Shown here: one piece after another, positions 1-6,090 of the stretch
Layout of the letters: every line of letters begins with the position of its first letter
Position numbering within the stretch: position 1 is the first letter of the stretch
Assembly (NCBI GenBank): GCA_964450845.1
Contig: CAYVGZ010000040.1
Location: forward strand, 1-14,044
DNA from: an uncultured Candidatus Bathyarchaeia archaeon
Lineage (GTDB): Archaea > Thermoproteota > Bathyarchaeia > Bathyarchaeales > Bathycorpusculaceae
DNA length: 14,044 nt
Direction of reading: 5' to 3'
Translations under genes and position numbers: made by a program
The notes under the pieces: generated by a model
The model's input: the letters and a program-made list of their open reading frames with translations, nothing else
What the model was told of the DNA's origin: nothing
Database searches by the model: none

Positions 1-551
1 TCATAAGAAAGAACAGCACCAGTCGGGTTATTCGGATAATTCAAAATCATCACACGTGACTTCTCCGTGATAAGTGACGTCACATCATCAATAGAAGGTT
101 TAAAGCCATTTTTCTCTAGCAATGGAACAGCAACGGGAACCCCACCAGCCAAAAGAACACAAGGCTCATAGCATACGAACCCTGGGTTCGGAATTAGAAC
201 CTCGTCACCTGGATTTATTAAAGCAATCAGCGCCGAAAAAATCGCTTCAGTACCGCCAACAGTTACTAGAATTTCAGAGTTTGGATCATAACTGAGATTA
301 TATTCACGATAAGCCTTTTGTGCCAGTGCCTCTCGAAGTTCAGGAACCCCATTGGTTGGTGCATAATGCGTTTTACCCTCTTTTGCTGCTAGCAATCCCG
401 CCTTCAATGCGTGTCTTGGAGGAGTAAAATCGGGTTCTCCTACGCTTAGGTTGATAACGTCGGGCATTTCTTGAGCTAAAGCGAAAAATCGGCGTATTCC
501 AGAGATTTTTACGCGTTTTAGACGTTCTGCAGGTTTAAATCTTGAAGCCAA
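1..551 (-). CDS. PLP-dependent class I aminotransferase (aspartate aminotransferase-like), 5' part, runs off the window start
   Basis: Hand translation from TTG at 551 (GGGGA upstream, in-frame stop just above): MASRFKPAERLKRVKISGIRRFFALAQEMPDVINLSVGEPDF...HYAPTNGVPELREA...VTVGGTEAI...LINPGDEVLIPNPGFVCY...ILNYPNNPTG. These are hallmark class I/II aminotransferase motifs. Absent from the ORF track because it has no stop in the window. Confidence 0.95.
   Translation of the reverse strand, partial: MASRFKPAERLKRVKISGIRRFFALAQEMPDVINLSVGEPDFTPPRHALKAGLLAAKEGKTHYAPTNGVPELREALAQKAYREYNLSYDPNSEILVTVGGTEAIFSALIALINPGDEVLIPNPGFVCYEPCVLLAGGVPVAVPLLEKNGFKPSIDDVTSLITEKSRVMILNYPNNPTGAVLSY
73..84. repeat. 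Near-perfect palindrome AGTGACGTCACA, a copy of the core of the 1176-1463 repeats, inside the aminotransferase gene
   Basis: 11/12 identity to TGTGACGTCACA at 1176-1187. Confidence 0.55.
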
Positions 552-700
552 AGACTTCCCCGATTATGCATTGTTTGCATGAGCATAAAATGTTTACGTT
601 AGTAAAACAGCAATAGTGAACGTGAAAGTCTCGATAACTTTAAAAGGGTAGCCTGTATACAAAGTTGTATCCACTAGAAGTAAACTACGCTGGGAAAGAT

Positions 701-1180
701 TTGAAGTTAAAGGAAGGCGTTCAATCGTGGTTAATGGGTTCTCAAAATGACCCCATTGCAAAAACACTCGTAAAAAATAGCCATTTGACAAAAACGCAGC
801 TAGAAACACTGCTTATTGACGTTTTATCTGAAAATATCGCAGGCAAACCACTAAAATACGATGAAAAAGCCAAATTAAGGTTAACAAAGGCAAAAATAAG
901 CCGCGGAGCCTTCAATAGGACTTTAAAACAAGCAAAAGAAAACATCACAAAATCGATTTATACCATACTACTCTTAGGGTACTTAGGGATCTTCGAAACT
1001 ACAACTCTTGACCCTTATCTAGAAATAGCCAACAAACTACAAGAATACATAGAAGCCTACAAGAACATGCCAAATAAAAGTGAAGAACTAGACGAACATC
1101 TGAAAATCATAGAAATGGTAAGAGAAGAGCTTGAAACAAGCCTAAAACAGCTCTCAAACTCTTCCCAGGGCGTTGTGTGA
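701..1180 (+). CDS. Conserved hypothetical protein with a probable HTH (Tfx/sigma-region-4-like), all-helical
   Basis: ORF 665..1180. Start more likely TTG 701 (or ATG 734) because a TATA-like TTTAAAAG at 639-646 would put the TSS past 665. Segment HLTKTQLETL...YDEKAKLR...ISRGAFNRTLKQAKENITKSIYTILLLGYLG resembles an HTH followed by a long helix. Confidence 0.8.
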   Translation: MKLKEGVQSWLMGSQNDPIAKTLVKNSHLTKTQLETLLIDVLSENIAGKPLKYDEKAKLRLTKAKISRGAFNRTLKQAKENITKSIYTILLLGYLGIFETTTLDPYLEIANKLQEYIEAYKNMPNKSEELDEHLKIIEMVREELETSLKQLSNSSQGVV

Positions 1181-1463
1181 CGTCACAAATCACATCAAAA
1201 GGTGAGCATTCGGCAGCAACAATAAACACACGCACAGCAACCAGTATAAAAAACGCTGAAAATCCAAAAACAGCCGAAAAATGAGGTTTTGGTGCATGCC
1301 AGTTGCTGTTTTAAGGTAATATGATGTTCTTTTTAAAGTGTGATGTGTGACATCATAGACTCCTTAAACAATGCAAATCTCCATAATCTTTATATCTCTT
1401 ATAGTAAAATTGTGATTTGTGATGCAACATGGGTGTATCGTTCGTAATCACATGTAAATCACA
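1176..1463. repeat. Cluster of three 19-bp repeats (consensus TGTGATNTGTGAYRYMAYA) plus a fourth variant site
   Basis: Site A (-) 1176-1194 TGTGATTTGTGACGTCACA. Site B (+) 1339-1357 TGTGATGTGTGACATCATA. Site C (+) 1411-1429 TGTGATTTGTGATGCAACA. Site D (-) 1446-1463 TGTGATTTACATGTGATT. Nine TGTGA/TCACA pentamers in about 290 bp. Confidence 0.85.
1389..1396 (+). promoter_or_regulatory. Archaeal TATA box for the membrane-anchored wHTH gene
   Basis: TTTATATC about 80 bp upstream of the start codon. The implied TSS (~1420) lies inside repeat site C. Confidence 0.55.
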
Positions 1464-1475
1464 GAGGTGCACTGT

Positions 1476-2189
1476 TTGGATGAGGTTATACTAATTCTTG
1501 CGGGTGTTTTGCTTGCCGTAACCGTTGGCGCCGCAATTAAGTATTATAAACAACTTGGAAGGGCTCAGCGAGAGTATGAAAAGGCTGAACAAGTTGTCGA
1601 GGACATTGTTTTGAGTTTTAATAGACAGATTAGGCAGGAAGCTAGTAAGTTAGAGCTTGTTGCATACAAGGTTGAGGCAGTTTCTTCAAAAAGTGATAAA
1701 GCTTTGATGAAGGCGGAAGAAGCAGATAAGAAATTGCTGTCGTTAGAAGGCAAAATTGACGTTACCTTAGGGGACAGAGAAAAGGTGTTAATGAGACTGG
1801 ATGAAATTGACAAAAAGGTGCGTGATACTGTTGTATCACAAGAGGTATTAACTGCCAAAATATCTGCGATCGAGGAACAATCCAGACAGCTTTCAATGTT
1901 TCCCGAAGCAAAAATTGAAGCAGTAATGCCCATAAAAAGAGAGAAAGTTTTAGCTCCCTTAACAGAGACCGAGCTATCTGTTCTGGAAATACTGTCTTTG
2001 GAAGGCCCTAAAACGGCGCCCGAAATTAAAGAAAAAATCAAGCTCAGCCGAGAGCACACGGCTAGGTTGATGAAAAAGCTTTACGAAAGTGGTTATCTGG
2101 AAAGAGAAACCAGCAAAATTCCTTTTAAGTATAGTGTTAAGAAAGAAATGGAAAAACTCTTGAGAAAAGCGGAAAGCGAAGCAACATAG
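1476..2189 (+). CDS. Single-pass membrane protein: N-terminal TM anchor, long coiled coil, C-terminal winged HTH (MarR-like)
   Basis: TM VILILAGVLLAVTVGAAI followed by basic KYYKQLGR. About 125 aa of E/K/L-rich heptad region. C-terminal LTETELSVLEILSLEGPKTAPEIKEKIKLSREHTARLMKKLYESGYLERETSKIPFKYSV is a wHTH. TTG 1476 has GAGGTG 6 nt upstream; the ORF track start is GTG 1467. Confidence 0.9.
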   Translation: MDEVILILAGVLLAVTVGAAIKYYKQLGRAQREYEKAEQVVEDIVLSFNRQIRQEASKLELVAYKVEAVSSKSDKALMKAEEADKKLLSLEGKIDVTLGDREKVLMRLDEIDKKVRDTVVSQEVLTAKISAIEEQSRQLSMFPEAKIEAVMPIKREKVLAPLTETELSVLEILSLEGPKTAPEIKEKIKLSREHTARLMKKLYESGYLERETSKIPFKYSVKKEMEKLLRKAESEAT

Positions 2190-2193
2190 CATA

Positions 2194-3738
2194 CTACGAA
2201 GAAGGAGGCTCCTGTTCGTTCAACCGTTTAAGTCGTTTCTCCATCTCTGAAAGGCTCTTTGATTCTGAAAGCCCATAGTCTTCCTTTCTCCTCTTGTCCA
2301 AGTAGTCTGGATAATGTGTGACCTTTATTGGTACAGCAAACCTGATTTTCGGCTCAGATATGAGCAATGCTTCGCCAACATCGAGCATTTTTATTTCCGT
2401 GTCACTATACTCTAAATAGGGCGTGTTTTCGGTCAGATATATTCTGTCCTTTCGCAACTCTGTCTTCATAATGACCTTGGTCCACAGTTCAGCGAAAACG
2501 TCAAAGTTAATCCTTGAAGGACGTGGTGTTACAGCGTTGAGTCCAACTCGGTATTTGCGGTATGTTAGGGCGATGTCTGAAAATATGGTTCTAGGCTTGT
2601 TTGGGTCAAGAAACTCGTGCGCCTCTTCAAGTGTTATGAGAAGCGTGGGCAGATTCTTCCATTCTTCATAATTTTCTTCCCACATGCATTTATAATGGTT
2701 TGCAACCGTTGAAGCCGTGAGGCAGGTGATTTTGTTTTGCTCCTCGGAGCTTATTCCTGAGATGTCTATAAGGCATGTTATTCCCTTACATACGTTCTGG
2801 GCAACGCTGTCAATGAAGCTGTAATCGGAAGCTGGGAAAATGTCGTGGGAAAGTGATGACAATTTAAGCATTAGGGCTTCAATCACGTGTTTCATCTTGT
2901 AGTCTGCGAGATGCCCTACCCCGGCGTGCCCTTCTGCCCCATAAACCTCTCTAGTTTCCTGAATCCAACTCTTGCCCAGCCTTTTGTAAAGTTTTCGAGC
3001 AAGCCGAAATTGAGGAAGACCTATGTCAGGAAACAGAGTAATAAGCCTCTCCGGGGTGATTGTGAATAAGCCCACAGTCATTTTTCCATCACGTGCGGAA
3101 TAATACTGGACCTTGCTGTGGAACAGTGGATGATCTTTTAGGCCTTTTTGCGGTTTAATCCCCTTGCCTTCAAGAAGCTGGCCGGCGAAGTCGAAAATGA
3201 GAGCCACTGTTTTAGGGCTGTTGTCAATGCTTTGTGCATTGAGAATTAGTTCGGTGTTTGTTTTCCCCGAGCCAGTCATTCCAAACATGCCCATCATTAG
3301 TGGTATGGCTTCAATATTTATGCCCGCTGACCCCAATAGTTGCTCTCCAGAGCGGAGGCATCCAACTTCTAGTTCCCCTGAGAGTTTGAGGATGGAACAG
3401 TCTTCTTCGCTAGCTGTGTACACTTTGTCTTTATAGTTTGGGTTGAAGGTTGGGGAGCGTCCTTTGCCAGCTCTCTTCTCTAAGAAGAGAATAGCTTCGA
3501 CGCTCCTGTAAGCTGAATACGGTCCGAAGGCTTCTTTGCCTTCTGCTTCACGCAGCTGCTCAATTGTGTCAAGTGTGGAGCTGCTCTCGGCGTTAACAAC
3601 CCTTGCGTAGAAGCCCCTCTCACCTGAATCTATTCGAACAATTTGTCCAAAAGAAAGATTGATTTCCTTGTTGAGAAAGAAAGATACGGAGTCTCCCTTC
3701 GTTCCACACACAAACCCTATAGGTTCAGAACTATTCAC
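2194..3738 (-). CDS. herA: HerA-like FtsK/HerA superfamily ATPase (HAS barrel + DUF87), divergent
   Basis: N-terminal HAS-barrel-like PIGFVCGT...FGQIVRI...YARVVN, Walker A GMTGSGKT, Walker B LLITLEEAHEF, YRKYRVGL arginine-finger region. Likely start GTG 3738, overlapping the nurA stop and preceded by GGAGTGGTGGA; the ORF track start is 3774. Confidence 0.88.
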   Translation of the reverse strand: MNSSEPIGFVCGTKGDSVSFFLNKEINLSFGQIVRIDSGERGFYARVVNAESSSTLDTIEQLREAEGKEAFGPYSAYRSVEAILFLEKRAGKGRSPTFNPNYKDKVYTASEEDCSILKLSGELEVGCLRSGEQLLGSAGINIEAIPLMMGMFGMTGSGKTNTELILNAQSIDNSPKTVALIFDFAGQLLEGKGIKPQKGLKDHPLFHSKVQYYSARDGKMTVGLFTITPERLITLFPDIGLPQFRLARKLYKRLGKSWIQETREVYGAEGHAGVGHLADYKMKHVIEALMLKLSSLSHDIFPASDYSFIDSVAQNVCKGITCLIDISGISSEEQNKITCLTASTVANHYKCMWEENYEEWKNLPTLLITLEEAHEFLDPNKPRTIFSDIALTYRKYRVGLNAVTPRPSRINFDVFAELWTKVIMKTELRKDRIYLTENTPYLEYSDTEIKMLDVGEALLISEPKIRFAVPIKVTHYPDYLDKRRKEDYGLSESKSLSEMEKRLKRLNEQEPPSS

Positions 3739-4744
3739 TCCACCACTCCCACTCGAACGCATGCTTAATTCCATGAAGCTCGTCAGCGAAGCTACATGAA
3801 AATTCTTCTCGGCGAAGTATTTCTAATAAGCCACTCTGGGCGAGTACATTCTCGACTTGATCGTGGTAAGAAAGAAGCATCGCATCGGAGGGTGCAGAGA
3901 AGTCGTGGGCAAGCCAAAGGGGGACAGGATATCCAAGACATCGGGGGTCTTCGGCTACTGCAGTCAAAGGAGAAAGGGTCTCGCTTACTTGTTGGTCTGT
4001 TAAGTATTCCATTATGTCACAACGAAAAACGCGGGAACTTCCTTCGCACAACCTAACAAGAGATATATCTCCATACAAGCTTTTGTCCTTGTCAGCTTCT
4101 CTGATTGGATGACAAACCCACGTATCATAAGGAGAGAGTATACTCGTAGTAGCTATTAGGTCTCTTCCTTTTTCATCATGAAGTGAGGGAGAGTTTTTGC
4201 TAACAGCGAGAAGGGTGATCCGATCTTTTTCACATTTCTCATAAAGTGCCACTCGGAATTTTCTTTCACCGCCGAAGTATCCGCCACCATCAAGTAAGAG
4301 ATAATTACTACGAGGATTAGTATGCTCGTAGTAGAAAAGGCTAGTTTTGTTCTGAAGAAGGTTAAGTGCCATTTGACTTTCTAACTCAATTCTTACATCT
4401 GTCAGAAAGTTACTACGAGTACGTGCATTACCAACTACAGTGCATATTCTTTCCTGATAGCCCCAATCAATATTGCGCTCTTTAACTGAGGCATACGCTA
4501 CTCGCATTAGGTAGATTCCCCAGTTGTTTGCCCTCTTGAGTGTTCTTGTCGAACAATCAACGGCAACGAACCCTCCTAGAAATTCGCTGATTTTTTTCAA
4601 GGGCTTTATTAAAGCCGCATCTGGTTTGACCGATATCATTGGCTCTTCTTTCACTTCAACTGCTCCAGCAACTCTTCCTTTGTCTATGTAAAACTTGAGT
4701 TTCTTCTCCATTTCAGCAAAGTCTGTCTTGATATTGCTGCTCAT
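3731..4744 (-). CDS. nurA: NurA-domain nuclease (RNase H-like fold)
   Basis: VAVDCS (first catalytic D), IELESQMA (E), LLLDGG (D) and C-terminal LGYPVPLWLAH typical of NurA. GGAGG RBS at 4751-4755. Directly upstream of the HerA-like gene. Confidence 0.85.
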   Translation of the reverse strand: MSSNIKTDFAEMEKKLKFYIDKGRVAGAVEVKEEPMISVKPDAALIKPLKKISEFLGGFVAVDCSTRTLKRANNWGIYLMRVAYASVKERNIDWGYQERICTVVGNARTRSNFLTDVRIELESQMALNLLQNKTSLFYYEHTNPRSNYLLLDGGGYFGGERKFRVALYEKCEKDRITLLAVSKNSPSLHDEKGRDLIATTSILSPYDTWVCHPIREADKDKSLYGDISLVRLCEGSSRVFRCDIMEYLTDQQVSETLSPLTAVAEDPRCLGYPVPLWLAHDFSAPSDAMLLSYHDQVENVLAQSGLLEILRREEFSCSFADELHGIKHAFEWEWWSE

Positions 4745-4862
4745 TTACTTTGCCTCCAACGCCATGGCTAAAACGTGAAATATTTTGTTGCTAGTAGTTT
4801 TTGCATGTTTGCTTTTTATCTTTTGTGAAACTTAATCTACACTGCTTATGCACATGTAGAGG

Positions 4863-5291
4863 TCAGGGTATTTCCTGTTTAACTATAGCTTGCGGAAAAC
4901 TTGCCAGTTTGTATTTCAAGCGATTAGAAGCCCCAGCTTTCACTAGTACTCCTTTGTTCGCCATTCTGGCAAAATACGTGGCCACGGTGCTGAGACTTAT
5001 CGGTTCTTTGAATTCCTGTTCGTAGGCTGATTGGATCTCTCTTGAAGAGAACCAGACCATGGGAAAGTGTTTCTGGATCAGCATGCGAACTTTTTCGTAT
5101 TTAGAGACCCAATTGCCTGCAACCATTGGATTGCCTTCAGAGTTTCCGGCGCTACTTGACACTCCGCCCAACAATTCTACCAAATCCAAAAGGCGAACAG
5201 CCTTTTCCCGAGTTATTTGCCCTTCAAAGGACACAGTATATTTATTACCTTCACTATCGAACAGCTCAACACGCATCTTTCTTGCGGGCAT
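4863..5291 (-). CDS. Origin-adjacent two-domain protein: small N-terminal beta-alpha domain plus C-terminal winged HTH
   Basis: MPARKMRVELFDSEGNKYTVSFEGQITREKAVRLLDLVELL, then a linker, then KVRMLIQKHFPMVWFSSREIQSAYEQEFKEPISLSTVATYFARMANKGVLVKAG..RLKYKL (wHTH pattern). Transcribed divergently from cdc6 across the origin. Confidence 0.85.
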   Translation of the reverse strand: MPARKMRVELFDSEGNKYTVSFEGQITREKAVRLLDLVELLGGVSSSAGNSEGNPMVAGNWVSKYEKVRMLIQKHFPMVWFSSREIQSAYEQEFKEPISLSTVATYFARMANKGVLVKAGASNRLKYKLASFPQAIVKQEIP

Positions 5292-5487
5292 CAGCAATCT
5301 ACACCGTAGCTGGTGTTCACACTTTACAGTTCACAAGTTATAGCTATTACGGTGAAAAAGTAATAAGTAAAAACGTCATAGCAAGCCTCAAAGAAGAAAA
5401 CACCAAAAAATTGCAGAGGTTTTTACTTTACAACCGTCACAGTTTTTCTAAACAGGAAATAAGCAAAAGACAGCCATTATGTTGGTA

Positions 5488-5509
5488 TCTCCAGTAGAAG
5501 GGAAGGGGT
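5488..5509 (+). promoter_or_regulatory. ORB (origin recognition box)
   Basis: TCTCCAGTAGAAGGGAAGGGGT matches the TTCCAGTGGAAAC-G-string ORB pattern. Confidence 0.75.
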
Positions 5510-5756
5510 GGCTTTTTCACAGAAAAAAGACATAAAGAAGTTAATACCGAGTAAAACAAAACCCAAAAAGACGCAGTCTCAAGTTAACTTCACATAATCT
5601 TCTCAACCGTGTGAAATTATCTAACAGATTGGAAAAAGGTATTTTTCCACTAACCTTCGAAACTAGCAAAGGAGCCTTTAAGTCTAAATAAAAACAGAAA
5701 GTAAAGAAGCAAAAACGTAGCTTAAAATTATTGAATAAGAAAAAAAGAAAGCGTCA

Positions 5757-5777
5757 CCCCTTAGTTTCCAATGGAAC
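5757..5777 (-). promoter_or_regulatory. Canonical ORB, left of the DUE
   Basis: Reverse complement GTTCCATTGGAAACTAAGGGG: near-consensus dyad plus G-string. Confidence 0.9.
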
Positions 5778-5799
5778 AGGGTAAACTTTTGCCGTTATC

Positions 5800-5925
5800 G
5801 ATTATTTTAGAGAGTATTCATCTAAAAAATTTTACAAAAATTATTATAATACATTTTTTATTCTTAGTTTTTAGAGTATAATTTAATTTTTAAGTTAATG
5901 CTATAACTATTCTTCATCCAAACAG
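5800..5925. other. AT-rich DNA unwinding element (DUE)
   Basis: 5821-5900 has only 9 G/C in 80 nt and lies between two inversely oriented ORBs. Confidence 0.8.
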
Positions 5926-5927
5926 TT

Positions 5928-5948
5928 TTCTACAGGAAATTTGGGGGT
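5928..5948 (+). promoter_or_regulatory. ORB, right of the DUE
   Basis: TTCTACAGGAAATTTGGGGGT: degenerate dyad plus G5 string, inverted relative to the 5757-5777 ORB. Confidence 0.7.
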
Positions 5949-6090
5949 GTGGCTATGGTCCTTAAGCTTTTTGTCTTCAGGCTTTCGGTTTTCTTTTAGT
6001 TTTCTTGCGCCACTAATTTAGTTTTTTGTATGGCAGAACTTATTTTCTGAAGAAAAAACAAAGCGTTACCTTTGCTTAAGAGGAATTACA

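Larger units (their letters stand above)
5439..5950. other. Probable chromosomal replication origin (oriC)
   Basis: Long noncoding region upstream of cdc6/orc1 with several ORB boxes and an AT-rich core. Confidence 0.85.

Noticed and set aside
1178-1185. TGACGTCA equals the eukaryotic CRE/ATF site, next to a membrane coiled-coil protein reminiscent of membrane bZIP factors
   Set aside because: The protein has a wHTH head and no basic-zipper region; the resemblance is treated as coincidence.
1176-1194. TGTGA...TCACA resembling a CRP/FNR box
   Set aside because: Spacing is 2 or 9 bp rather than 6, and no CRP-family gene is present.
1565-4056. Short opposite-strand ORFs (1565..2059, 2423..2671, 3164..3436, 3796..4056 and others)
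   Set aside because: All are antisense overlaps of well-supported genes, with Ser/Phe-rich shadow composition.
2194-4744. Calling this the canonical archaeal HerA-NurA-Mre11-Rad50 repair operon
   Set aside because: mre11 and rad50 are absent on both sides and the HerA motifs are divergent.
4836-4860. Hairpin TCTACA...TGTAGA just after the 4863 stop
   Set aside because: Short bulged stem with no strong U-tract; insufficient to call a terminator.
5059-5497. Plus-strand ORFs 5059..5343 and 5126..5497
   Set aside because: Antisense to a convincing wHTH gene and running into the origin; no recognisable motifs.
6030-6050. 6-codon upstream ORF (MAELIF) and a weak long-range pairing 5966-5980/6047-6064 in the cdc6 leader
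   Set aside because: No RBS, and only 7 contiguous base pairs in T/A-rich flanks; expected by chance given the skew.
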